Source of the DNA: Diadema antillarum
Taxonomy: Eukaryota
DNA: 64,000 bases
Reading direction: 5' to 3'
Assembly: GCF_040938485.1 (NCBI RefSeq)
Contig: NW_027271075.1
Location: 496,001 to 560,000 of the forward strand
Shown here: piece after piece, positions 24,538 through 37,388 of the stretch
Layout: every line of letters begins with the position of its first letter
Numbering within the stretch: the first letter of the stretch is position 1
The notes under the pieces: generated by a model
Database searches by the model: none
What the model was told of the DNA's origin: nothing
Seen by the model: the letters and a program-made list of their open reading frames with translations, nothing else
Program-made: the position numbers and the translations under genes

Positions 24538-25686
24538 CTGCCAAGAAGAAAAATACCAACAACAACAACAAATGCAGACACATTAACATGATCCTTCCGT
24601 AACTATGTAGTAAAGTGTGTGTGCTTCTCATTCAGTTTCATTTAAATTCTACCTGTATGAGCTGGATGCGTAATCTTCGTCAGAGCCGTAACCTCTCAAC
24701 TCAATTCATAATGGGTGAAATGAACATTTGTGCCCAACGATTATATCAACACACTTTGAAAATTTGCTACAAGAACCTCCTTGCTCCCGATGACCTACAT
24801 CTGGTGACCCTTACACAGCTGTCACTACAAGACTGACGCAGCTTCCTCTATGACAAACAATGCAAACAGTTCACCTCTTGTTATAATATTCCCTGACAAC
24901 TTAAACATATACCACTTTAACACCTCTCTCATTCTCTTTTATTAACAACCTCTCACTCCCTCTACCCCCTCCCATCCTCCCCCCTTCCAATTCCCTTCTT
25001 GTTCTCTCAGTTAAAAGAAAAGGGGAAGCTTGCCAGAATACTCTAGGATGTAGTGGATTACAGGAGGCTGCAGTTGATTGTAGATCACAAGTGAATTGCT
25101 GCCGTGATACTTGGCATGCACAGCCATGCGGGCGAGCATGACACTTATTTCGTGAACTCTGGGGGTGGGGCATGGGGCTGGTAGAGTTATCTGCCATCAC
25201 TGAGAGCAAATCGATTCCAAACAGTCAACTCACATGGGCTCAATTCAACCCACTATTCTTGGTATCAAAATATCATGGCTCGAGCTGTACAGGCACAAAC
25301 ATTTCAACAGTCAACAAGAGCAGATCGCCACGCTTCTATAGTACCAAACGCTAGCATTTTTGGTTGGTGTCAACGAGTGTTACAACAGCAACAGCAGTGT
25401 GGGAGAGCTCTAAAATTCCTCTTAAGACTTGTTGACTAGCAAAAGAAGAATCAAAACTAGGGGGCTATGTTGTTTCTTTCGAATGGAATCAAGCATCCCA
25501 ACACTATGCAACCTTTTAGGTATAGAGGATGATTGCACAGTCGCACGCCAGTGGCAAGTAAATACTAAATGCAGCACATTGGGGGTTAAACTACGGTGTA
25601 GACACCCCTCTGGCATTATGGACAAAATGTCAACAACCTTTTCTGATTCGACAACTGAAATCTTTAAAAAAAATAATAATAATAAA

Positions 25687-25695
<9 letters not shown>

Positions 25696-25738
<43 letters not shown>
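25696..25738. repeat. (TA)n microsatellite
   Basis: Direct inspection. Confidence 0.95.
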
Positions 25739-25743
<5 letters not shown>

Positions 25744-25817
25744 GTTGTCTGCGGCTACTTTTTGAAACAAGATTTGCATGCAACCGTGGAAGAACTCATC
25801 CATGTCGGTGGACTTAC

Positions 25818-25955
25818 AGTTCAGCTCCCCGCTAAGCGGTTTGCGTTTGAGGGCATTGGGTCCGTCCCTCCGCCTTAGCAGTGGGCTCCCGTGGGTCCGC
25901 CGCTCCGTCACTTTCTCCTTCAGCCGCGATCTCACCTTCAGGTTGGAGTCAGATG
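25818..25955 (-). CDS. HDAC4: HDAC exon with NLS: (A)[45 protein letters not shown]
   Basis: tgcag acceptor, gtaagt donor, 138 nt; completes RKTA|S (S246-equivalent) and matches [26 protein letters not shown]. Confidence 0.97.
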
Positions 25956-26411
25956 CTGCATTGAGAGACACGAGACAGAAAGGGAAGGAGAGAAAGTAGC
26001 ATAAGGTGAGGGAGGTGAGTTCAAAGATGGAGCTTTTCATTTGATTCTTACAACTGCAGTCAAAATAACGGGGCAATCTCAGTACGTTACCCGTATTTAA
26101 TCCACCTTTGTCACATAAAAGCTGGTGAATATTTCACAATGACTAAAAAGTCTGAACAATAGTTCACACTTTCTGAGACAATTACCCTGGGCGCAGGAAA
26201 TTACACTAGTACCACATACTGAAGATGAAAATACATGATTCCCAAGAAGCTCTCATTTCCAATCTAAAAGGACAAAAATATATGCAAGAATGTTACTCAA
26301 TAGTACCACTTGAAAGTCATATGGATGGATTCCCATGAGCTAAGGAGCCCTTCCATTCACGCTAAAAAGCACTTTGTGTGTGCATTTTTTCATGCAAGTA
26401 TCAGGAACAAA

Positions 26412-27102
26412 TGTGACTCTGCACCTCAAAACAAACAAAAAGTCGCCAGACATGAATTTTTAGTTAAGACCATATTCTGAAAGAGCAGACATTAAGCTTT
26501 AAAATGATGTATAACTCAAATCAAATGGACTCTCCTAACCTATCTAAATATTGGAAAGAAAGCACAAACTCAGGAAAAGTGTGAACTGAGAATAGAGGCT
26601 CTGAAGTACAGTGTCTATTCAAGCGCTTAATCTTTACCAAACCGTGCTGGCTGTGTGATGAATGGGACAAAAAAACAGGAAGTAAACCACCAGAGTAACA
26701 ACAATGAAGGGATTATTAGATTAAACTGAAATTAAGCATGCCTCATTAACACATTCTGTCCGTAATTAATGCCAACTTTCAAAGCAGTAGCCCTATCCTT
26801 TCAAAAGTTATTAGAGTTGAAAGTGAAGAGTGTGGACAAGGTTTTTCAGAAATGAAAAAGGGATTCTAAAGACACACCTAATCACACTATTCTACCAAAA
26901 ATGTTCGAGATAAACTGCTAAAAAACACACTTTCCTGCCCGTTTTATGATACCAAATTTTAGCATAATGTAAAAGAAGACCCGCTCTTTCAGAAAATATG
27001 AAAAAGTCAAGTTCGGCTAGGTTGACCCATTTCACTTATTTTCAGTCCTCACACAAAATCAGTGTGTGCGACTTTATGTTCGTTTTGAGGTGCACGGTCA
27101 CA
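26412..27102. mobile_element. Non-autonomous DNA transposon with about 35-bp TIRs (TGT...ACA ends), superfamily unassigned
   Basis: tgtgactctgcacctcaaaacaaacaaaaagtcgc is inverted to gcgactttatgttcgttttgaggtgcacggtcaca; no clear TSD. Confidence 0.7.
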
Positions 27103-27308
27103 AATACTCTTTTGGGGAACAATGGCAAGAAAAATTAGAAGAATATTAAGAAGTAGATGATGATGACGAAGATAATGATGACGATGATGATGATGACAAC
27201 GATGATGATGATGATGATGAAAATTAACACATTTTGTGTGCTCATTTTCATGTGAAAATCTTAAACGTGACTACACTCCTTTGGGGAAAAATGCCAAGAG
27301 GAAGAATA

Positions 27309-27445
27309 NNNNNNNNNNNNNNNNNNNNNNNNNNNNNNNNNNNNNNNNNNNNNNNNNNNNNNNNNNNNNNNNNNNNNNNNNNNNNNNNNNNNNNNNNNNN
27401 NNNNNNNNNNNNNNNNNNNNNNNNNNNNNNNNNNNNNNNNNNNNN
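27309..27445. other. Assembly gap (137 N) flanked by (GAT)n and (CAA/GAA)n repeats
   Basis: N run. Confidence 1.
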
Positions 27446-29029
27446 TGCAACAACAACAATACCAACTACAAGAATGACAAGAAGAAGAAGAAGAAAGCAG
27501 AAGAGAAAGAACGAGAGAAGCACTGCCACTGATGTGTTATAAGTCTTTTCTGGAAAGATTCAGAAGGCAAATCTGACGTAGTCGCCCTGGGCATGGCAAC
27601 AACTCTATGACACTCATCCACAGACTTTACTACGTCGCTATGGTAACAAGCAATCTCTTTCCCATCCTCCTTACACGCAGAAAGAGGCTGTTGAAAGTGA
27701 TTACACCTGTCCAAGGGAAATCCCCAGGTTTTCCCTCGCTGCTGAATTGAGCGGGAACAAACGATTACAATCTCAATCAGTTTCTTTGTGAAATGTAAAG
27801 TTGATATAACCTACATAATACAAGTGTATATATCTGTTTAAAATTGTCAAGTATTCAGTCATTTCAGCATCACACCCTGATCTCATCTCCTCAAAAATTC
27901 CCTATGAATCTTAAAATAGGCTTACGGAAATTAACAGGACAGGTCGAATGACCACTAAACAAAAGGAGGAAATAGTTTTTTGCTGTTGTTCTTTTGCAGA
28001 GTCAGAATTAGATCACCAAATCCAATGAAGCCAAAACTACTACATGATGAACTAATTACATTAACCATTTGCAAAGTCCATGATAAAGCCCTCTATTTTT
28101 TTCGGACATTCTAATTAACATATGAAGGAATATATACATGCTGAAGATAAGCAAACAGAAGAAATATAAAAGAAACTGACAACTTGCAACTGAAGTGAAC
28201 ATTTAACCCCTTTGAAAAAAAAATATATATATATTATATATATAAAAAAGGCTACAACAAAACACCAAACCATGCACATTCAGCATGCAATTTCAGATCT
28301 TCGCTCAACTTAATCCTTTCATCATGACTTTGTATTCCACTGATGACATCACAAAAGTTTTGGTCGATGCAACTGATATAGTGAAAGCGAAAATGGTTGC
28401 AACGCTCTAAAACATTGGATGAAATTTGAGTTTGTTTTTTTTTTTCCCCTGGAAAACAGTTACCAAATCTTGACCCCATTATGCATATTTTTCTACAGAT
28501 GCATTGACAAATATCAGGGAAATGCATTGCATTCTGACTCATTAATGTTAATCTTGCTACATCAATTCCATCCCCCATCCTCTAAATCATTCACTGCAGG
28601 TCCTTGTGGGCACAAACAATTTGCCCAGCAAATCACAGAGTCACTGCAAATTTCAGATTTTTTAAGGACAGAAGAAAAAGCTAACCCTGCGTCAAGGTAT
28701 GACATATATATACATCATCTGAATTTGGAGGTTGGCTGGAGCTGCAGAATGCGGGGACCCAGTTTTTCTCTCTTCTTTCAAGTTCCTTTTGACAATAAGA
28801 GGCGAGGGCTGGTTGTAATTTCCTCAGCGCGGAAATTCGTTTGCCACCAACCTTGATTAATTGCCAGACTGCTGAACGCACTTCAGACTCAGAAGGAAGA
28901 GAAACTGGAGCGTGCAAGCAGGGAAAAGGTCAGCGTGGGCAAAGGCAGCGCACGGCAACAACAAGAACAACCGGGGCGAGGAAAAGTTGTGTATCGATCA
29001 ATAATTCAGATCCCGCTCCAGCGGGGCAG

Positions 29030-29039
29030 CTAAAAATAG
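29030..29039 (+). promoter_or_regulatory. MEF2 consensus site CTAAAAATAG
   Basis: Exact YTAWWWWTAR match at the edge of a CpG-rich intronic island; function untested. Confidence 0.5.
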
Positions 29040-30339
29040 CTGAACCCATCAATACATAAAAAAAAGGGAAAAAAGGTAGGAGAAGAGACTAAGTGAGTGA
29101 GAGAGATGGGGTGAGAGGGGGGATATGGATATAATATCCTAGAGCAAGGAGTGCAGAAAAATTGACGGGGCAGGAGAGTCCTTTACACTCTTGATATGCA
29201 CCAGGCATGATAGCCTGGTATCATAGCTGATTGTGTATGCATGACATGAGGGCGTGCAGTTGAGTCTCATCAGATATACTCAGTGGATCGACATTACATA
29301 CACACACAACATCCTAGTAACCAAACCCTCCTCCACCCCCACATGTAAGATGCTCCCTTATGTAACAAGACAACTTGAATCGAATGCAGCACAATAATGT
29401 CACATTTTACAAAAAGTTACAGCTTAATGACAATAGTATTGATAATAACAATAACAACTATCATGACAACAATGACAATAGTAACAATGGGAATAGTAAT
29501 AAAGAAAGAAAGTTAAATTGTTATGGCCTTTAACAGAAAAGAAGCAAAAGTTTGCTCAAATGGAAATCATCCCTCATGATTGCATTCATACCATATTTCA
29601 TCTGATGGAGTGACTCCCTAAGTGGGGGAGAAGGAGGTACACATGACGTATTTCAACCTCTTTGGACACCATGTAATATGACCCGGAGCATTGTGTTCCA
29701 GGATTTGGGGACAGTCCCTCCTTTTTATGACACTTTAATACTCAAGTGGTATCCCTCCATGTCCAGAGGCAGATCCTGCAGATTTTTCATGCAGTATTCC
29801 TTTTTCTGAGCCTGGACAGAAAGTTCGCTTTTGATAACTCTCAATGAAGGACATGCACATTGTTTTGTTGTGTGTGTATTTTTCTTCTTTCCCCAAAACA
29901 AGTAGCATTGTATGCTAGTAAGCACGCACCTGACTTTAATATGCAAAACCCTATCAAGTGTACGAAGGAGAAAGGGAGAGCTACATTCACTCAAAGAAGT
30001 GATGCAAGTCAAGATTTTACAGAACCTATCAGCCACCATCTTTCTACTGTGGATCTATCTCACCAAAAAAAGAAAGAAAGAAAGAAAAAAACAGAAGGGA
30101 GGTTTGCTACAGACAGTCGCTAAGTTCTTGTTTAACATCTGTACATTCTTTATATTGGTTGATTGTGGATACAGTTAGCATGGAAGTTTTGAAAGATGGG
30201 TAGGAGGTCCACTTACAAAACTTGTGCAAAGATGAACAGTTCTAATTCTACAGCTCTGTTTTTACATGTACATTGTCACAAATCCTGCAAATTCAGGCAT
30301 TGGGGCTCCCTAATGGAGGTTTAAAGGGATGATATAGTT

Positions 30340-30848
30340 AAAGCTGAGATGGGGCACAAGGTTCCCAACTTTTTGTGGGATAATTGAAACCTCTTATGAA
30401 ATATGACAGAGCATACAATTCTACAAGGAATTCAAAGTTTATTTGATGAAAATCGGTTTTGAAATGGCCGAGACATCCAAAAACAAAGAGGGCCTAAAAA
30501 AAGGTGAGACCGATCTTTTTGTAGGACCACTTTGTTTTACTTTGTTTTTGGATATCATAGCCATTTCAAAACCAAATTTTCATCAAATAAACTTTGAATT
30601 CGTAAATAAATACTGAATTGATCAGTGTTTTAGTAGTAGCCACGATAAAGAAAAATCATGGGCATACGTCGATGTACGGCAATTTGTCAATTAGTTGTAT
30701 AAAACCTCTCAACGGAAGAATTTCATGAATTTGAATGACTTTGAATTGCTCTTTTAATAGAATTGTATGCTCTTCCACACATTTGTATTTCTTGGGTAGT
30801 TTCTAATTATCTCACAAAAAGTTCAAATTTGAATCCCCCATCTCAACC
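30340..30848. mobile_element. Foldback-type MITE with long inverted arms and an asymmetric insertion of about 150 bp
   Basis: Inner arms 30428-30488 and 30540-30601 are near-perfect reverse complements; outer arms (gagatgggg...gagcatacaattcta) match 30755-30848. Confidence 0.75.
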
Positions 30849-32541
30849 AAAATTATGCCATCCTTTAAAACACATTTGCTCACTCTCTGCAGATACTGCT
30901 GCTATACCGAGAGACGGGAATTAAGAATGCAATGCCATGCACGCATTCATGCTCGCAGCTGCAGTTTGTCTTCTCTCCAAGCTTTTTATATCGATTCAAA
31001 CGTCGTCTTCGAGACTTCCCCGAAAGAGGAAGCTGCCCTGGGACGGCGCGCGCAATTCACTTCACAAGAACAGGAAACGGGAACACAAAAGCAAAATATC
31101 TGGGGAAGTTTGAACGCAACCTATCGCGGAACTATTGTATAAGCTACGAGTACACAGGTTCTAATAATGCTGCAAACACATGCTCCAACTTTTATAGTAG
31201 CCTGCAGGTATCGTAATGTGGAATTCTCCAAGCAATTCTCAAAGCAAATCTCACAGGCCTGAATCTTGTTTTGTTGCATCTTTACAAGGGTTTTTGACTT
31301 TCAGCTTCCTCTGTCTTTAGATTATGCTCATGAATATATGAATAGCACATGTGTGTCTGAGTGTGTTTGCATGTGTGTGTGAAAAGATTGTACATTTAAT
31401 GAATGAAAATATGGAGGGTTTGGGTCGCTTTGGACAGTTGAGGTACACAGCTAATTTGAAGGATGGCTAGGTAGAATTGCTTGGGGAAACGGGCTTGACA
31501 GTTTCAGGCAAAGCCCGCTACTATTCCTTTGTAATTTTGCTGAACAATTTCAATTTCATTTCTTTGTTACAGATGAAAAATGAAATGTGTATTTAAATCT
31601 TTAACTTTTTAAAAGTTTTATTTCCACAGCGCATAAATACCACGTACTAGAGGAACTTCTTTTGTTTTCTGTGATCAGTGATATCTTTTTCTTACATTGT
31701 ACAGTAATACAAAATTGAATCGCTGTCTTCAGTAATATTTGAATGAGAGGGAATAAATGTTACTGAAAAAGTGAACATTTTATATATATGCTGGTAGTCA
31801 TGGAACAGGCATGCTACAAGGATATCATCTTCAAGAGTTCACTCAAAATGCTATTTCAACATGTTCATTTTACAGGTATAACCTTGACACTCCAGAATAG
31901 AATAATATTTGTGTAACCCCACTATAAAAGCTATTCATTGCACTTGTTTCAGTACCTATCAAAAGCTTCTCTATGTAGGATACATCTTCCTATGATTGTT
32001 GCACTTATTATATATTCAACATTCTCCTGTAGCCTTCAAGGGCAGCATTGCTTTTGAATATCCCCCCAAAGAAGAGAGAGAAAAAGGATAAGCCATGAAT
32101 AAAACAAAAGATTCCTATTTGACTTTTTGATACTGCCAGGTATTTGAGCTGCCTTCAACACAAAATGCCGAGTTCATTCCAAATGCTCAATGAACTGTGC
32201 ATACGTGCATCAACACTGCATATTTGAAAATACATGAGTCATTCACTGAAGTACTAAACCTTGAGCCCAGGCCAAGCATTAAAAAAGAAGACACAAAAGC
32301 TCAAAAGCCACAGTATCGAAGTATTCTATTATGTGACTTAAAAGGCATTCTGTTCACGTTCCCAGGCCATGCGTCTTCATGGGCATTCGGAATACGGAAA
32401 CCGAAACAGTAAGAGCACTATTGGCTGTCTAAAGATAGCACATCAAGTATGGACACTTTACTAATGAGTTGATTTAGCAGCAGCATATGGCGGTGAGGTC
32501 ACAACACGGGATGGGCAACCATCTCTATACCCGCCATAAAA

Positions 32542-32612
32542 CCCCTGCATTCGGGAACCTGGGGTGTCCTCGAGAAAGTCTATGGGAATTTGAGCAATTT
32601 GCACTAAACGGG
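32542..32612. mobile_element. piggyBac-like MITE, diverged
   Basis: CCC...GGG|TTAA; shares agtctatggga with the 37304 copy. Confidence 0.5.
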
Positions 32613-32869
32613 TTAAACTTGACTAGCAAATAGAGAACCCTACTAAACAAATTCCAGCAGTAATGCTATGTTTTGCTTTCACATGATGGGATAATATACA
32701 TCAAAGGCTATGATAAATGTGCATTTCCCCCATATGGAATTGAAGAAAGATATTATACCCAGGCCCCTATATATCACCAAAACTCAAGAGGCATCATTAA
32801 AATTTACCTACAAATCATTGTGGCATGCATCACTGCATAAACATGACGAGGTTTCTTCTTCGTCTTTTT

Positions 32870-33220
32870 GAGGATAGAGTACAGTCCATTATCTTGTGTA
32901 CTATTGTACCCGTCATGATTGACTGGTACATGTATGTGTGGATTTGGGGAGGACCACCTCACCAGCCTTTACACCCTGCTCTCTCTGATGAATGAATGAA
33001 TGAATGAATGAAGCGGGATCTGGTACGTGCACGGGTTGTGATTCTCTCTCACACTGGGACCTGTATTTAATGTCCCATCCAGGGTACAGAGTGTTTTACC
33101 TCTCACTAGAGAAGAGAACATGATAGCACACAACACTGCTTTATAGCAAGACTCACAAGGCTTTTAAAAACCCAAGCCAATTGATTGCAAGGCAGACATG
33201 CTACCACCTAAGCCACCTTG
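32870..33220 (-). mobile_element. tRNA-derived SINE (SURF1/Nin-domain-like), degenerate
   Basis: Minus strand starts ggtggcttaggtggtagcatgtctgcc (A-box-like); body contains cccgtgcacgtacc and gcagggtgtaaaggc; internal (TTCA)n. Confidence 0.45.
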
Positions 33221-33859
33221 CCACCCTGGCTTGCATTTCACAGAGCGAAAAGAGGCATGAACATACCATCTCATGCTTTCCAACTGTAAATTAAAAACTG
33301 TTAAAGAATGCAATATGATGATTTTTTTCAAAGAGACAAAAGTGGATCACTGATTTGTAAAAACTTCCCGAGACTACCACCTCAAAATGCTATTGAACCG
33401 TTGAAGATGACATTTTCCCCATTAACTTATAGACACCTGCTAGACTGTACTTATGGGACCAGTCTTCAACAGGTTGACATGCCATGCAAATAAACTGTCA
33501 GTGGTGGTGACAGGCTTTAATACCTGCATTGTGCCACCTTTTAAACTAACAGTGTACAGTAGGTTTTAGACTAACCAACAATAACAACAACAAAACAAAG
33601 AAAAAAAGTAGCCAGTGCTGGTAAACTGAATCATGGCAACAGTACAGGTCAAATATAACTTCAGCACTGCTTTCAAATGACAATGAAAATGCATGAGGAA
33701 GCGCTAAACAATTAGGCATCAAATGCAGCGAAATATACTAAAAATATGCAATGACAGGCCACCTTATTCCTTTTCCTTTTTTTCTCAATTGTTTGTCTCT
33801 TCCTGCTCGGGTTTACACTGGCCGCAGCGCTGCAAACCGCACTGTTTGCTCAAGCAGGG

Positions 33860-33869
33860 CTAAAAATAG
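33860..33869 (+). promoter_or_regulatory. MEF2 consensus site CTAAAAATAG
   Basis: Exact match inside a CpG-rich intronic island. Confidence 0.5.
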
Positions 33870-34916
33870 TCATGGCTGATCCAGGCACCAAGGATTCTAC
33901 TGCTGCGCCAAACGATGTATGCTGTTTGCATACCTGACTACGCCATGTTTGATTGGACTCGCTATTATTAGAAAGGGGAAGAGGAAGATTACAAATGCGC
34001 AGGAAATGTGTGCAGTGGCGCACTGGACACCTCGATTCCGCTGCAAGGACTCGATTCCACTCATCATTTACGCGCATAAAAAAAAATCCAACACTTCAAG
34101 TAATACAATTTACATAATTTGGTTGCCTTCTTATTATATACACGAAAAGCAGAAGAGTGGGTTTACATACCTAGAGTTTGCTATTTACCTTTGCATGCAA
34201 GGCACTTCAATAAACCTACATGAGTTCCTTGTGCCTTCTAAATTCTTATCCATAATCATAGTGCATGTCCATATCATACTTAGAGTACCCCCTTTAAGGG
34301 TTATGAGACCTTATTGCCAATGGAATTTTTATTTTCACATTCAATTTGGTACAATGAATTTTGTGTGTTTTTAATCTCGCTGACTGTCAACACATTTCAC
34401 CAGCAAAATGCATGAATGAATTTGCATGGAAAAGACTTAAGCAAGCAAACAAAGCATCATGGCGTGAATGCGTGGGACAAAGTGTGCCGAAAAAAAACAA
34501 AAAATAAAATTTCAGCAATTAACCCTAATGGTACTTATCCAGCTTGTGTCCTCAGTTCACAAACAAGTAGCAAGCTCAGTCATTCATGACCTCTAACATA
34601 CCAAATCATCTAATAGCAATCAACCACTGGAAATTTGCAGATAGGCTACCCTTATAGGGTAGAGACAATTTCAGTTGATATTGTTTGGCATGAAACACAA
34701 AGTGTTTTGTTAATAGAACTAAATTAATGCAGAAGAAGGCAGAAGAGAGGGAGAGAGAGAAAAAAATATTGAGCAATGCTGGGGGGGGGGGGCAGTGACA
34801 TACTGCTGTAAAGTGTCCATCAACAAGTGTGATTATTTTATGTATTGTGTCAAGAACTCCATAAGATAAATTCCTTTCAACGTACAAGCTGGCAAACACA
34901 ATCTAGAGATTGCATT

Positions 34917-35377
34917 AGGCGTTTTCATATCAGCCCGATAAAAATCCAAGCTCGAGATATTTTTTCGCGATCGCAAATTAGCGCGCTATTTCATTTCCTA
35001 TTCACATCAGCCCAAAGAGAATTAGCCCGAAATTTTTTCGAGCTAATTCGACAGCTGAGCATGCGCAAACAGTGTCGGGTATACCAGTATAAGCGCACGC
35101 TTTAGCGGGTGACATACGCTAGGCATGATGGGATGCATCGCACTAATTTCTTGAGGCGTTTTCACATTATCAAATAGCGCGCTAGTTCGCAAATTATCCC
35201 GCTATTTCAGAAATCTCCTGAGTTGGACTCGAGAAATGTTCCCAATCAGAGCGATACAATTAGCGCGCTAATTTGTGTTCACATTATCAGATAGCGCGCT
35301 ATTTCGTGATCGGATTAATTTCCCAAGTCAGAAAATAGCGCGCTATTTCGAAACATCGGGCTGATGTGAAAACGCCT
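34917..35377. mobile_element. Harbinger-like MITE with 23-bp TIRs and repeated TAGCGCGCTA palindromes
   Basis: AGGCGTTTTCATATCAGCCCGAT is inverted to ATCGGGCTGATGTGAAAACGCCT (1 mismatch); five internal TAGCGCGCTA. TSD is not intact, so the superfamily is tentative. Confidence 0.7.
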
Positions 35378-37303
35378 GTTGTATGGCTGGACTAGAGGTT
35401 GACTACTGATTGGGTTCAAAGCTTTTGTGCAATAGTCCCCCACCCACCCACCCCCCCCCCCCCCAATGCTCTGCAATTCAAATGAGGTCAGCGATAAACT
35501 AAAAACAGAAACCTCCCACAAAAAACAAAACAAAACAATACAATACAAAACAAAAATACTTTGACCGATTTGAACTTTAGCACGTTTACTATTTTGGGAG
35601 CATTATCGCTGCTAGGACAGCTGCCAAAAATGTTACCCATGCGGAGAAGAGGACAAGTATGAAGGCCTACCGGTTCGCTGAGCTAACCACAGTCAAATCT
35701 CTTTCATTTTTGCTATCTCCCTTTTCTCCTTCACCTAGTATATCATCCTCTTTCATCCAATACTGTTTCTCTGTCTCCCACCTCATCTTTCCCCTTCCCC
35801 AAACTCTTCCCGCTTCTTTTTCTCCCTACTTTCAAGCTCCTGCTTTTATAACCTTTCATTAAAGTAAGATGAACGCTGAGCAAAATGTCTGCACATTATT
35901 CATGTTATATGGGGTTCAGCAAAATATGTACATACCTTTTCAGTAGTGGTGGTGGTGGGGGGGGGGGAACCTAGCACTACAATTGTACTTGCTGTTGTTG
36001 TTGGGTTCTTTTTTTCTGCAGAGGGATTATGGGTCAAAATACCTTTTCTATTTCTTTCTTTGTCATCGTACTTGTCCCGCCGAGAAATATATTAGCTGTC
36101 ATGTTCGCACTCGATCTTTCACCCACACTCGAGCAGCAACATAAATGTCGGAAGCCTTGATTTGCTGAAGCCCTTAAGAGTCCCTGTAAGATTGATATTG
36201 ATGCCTTCCTCCAGATGTGCAAAGGTCAAGAAGAGAGAAATGGCCCTGGAGTTTACAGACTAGAGAACTCAACTTGATAGAGCATCACTATTATCACTTA
36301 TGTCTGCTCCATACCCTACCTCTCCCCCCTTAGTCTCACTTGAATTTCTTTTATCTTTATAATTTCAATTATCAAACATTAGTTCAAGTTCACCAAAGAA
36401 TTGAAGTACAATACCATATAGACTTTGGTGCCTAAATTTTCTCTTGAATACTTGTTTACCCAGCCTACTTCTCAATCTGGATCATGATAAATTTCAGATG
36501 GAGGAACTTGACTAAATCTATACAAACTTTACAGGCATGAATGTTTGATAAATAAAAGGATCACTAAAAATGAATACATCCCTTCAGAGGCCACAACATA
36601 ATAGAGTGAACATAAGGACTGTTTATAAATATGGCCTCATATCACAGATGTTTAATCATACTGCGTTTGGTTCTATGCCTGTGTACATTGAATGTCATCG
36701 TTATTACGGACTGTAAAGTAAAAATCACATCAATGTATGATCTCATACCCTTATTTTCATTTGTTTTTTCCTGCACAATTTGTATCAATGGGCTTTTGAA
36801 CAATGAAGTCAGAGATATGTAACATGCTGCTGTTCACTTGAAGTACACGTTGTATCAAGCAAGCAACAGAGGTGCTACAACTGCGAGCGTTGACCTCCAC
36901 GACAAGAAAGAAGAGGAAAGAAGACAAACTGCGATAAAGTTCCTGACGATGCCAGATATACCGTGATTGATGGTACTGGACCGGCTTGCACTTTTGAAGA
37001 CGGCTCCCGGCGACGACAGGTTTAAATTTAGACCAGAGGTTGTCCATTTATCACATGGTATCGGTATCTGAGGCTCACTCCTCCGCTTCCAAACCCCCTC
37101 GTTGGATGATATCATATCATATTGAGTAGAGTGGATACTTTATGCAGCGTTCGAAAATTGATATAGGTGTTGGCACGGTTTCTGACGTTGTCACGCTTCA
37201 GCGATCCAGGGTGTCACAAAACTATGTCTTGGTCAAAAAGAGCCTTGGAATGACAACGCTCTTCCAGAGGTGGGGTTGCTAGGTTAACATTTTGCGTTTC
37301 TAA

Positions 37304-37388
37304 CCCACTGCGGACGAGTCCCGAGTATACTCAGGCAAGAGTCTATGGGAAATGCGCGTCGTAGCAAATTCAGTCTATCCTCAACAGG
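37304..37388. mobile_element. piggyBac-like MITE
   Basis: CTAA|CCCACTGCGGAC...TCCTCAACAGG|TTAA; aligns with the reverse complement of 15706-15785. Confidence 0.65.

Noticed and set aside
28860-29035. Plus-strand frame LLNALQTQKEEKLERASREK... looking like coding sequence
   Set aside because: Short, no convincing start, no homology I recognise; better explained as a purine- and GC-rich regulatory island.
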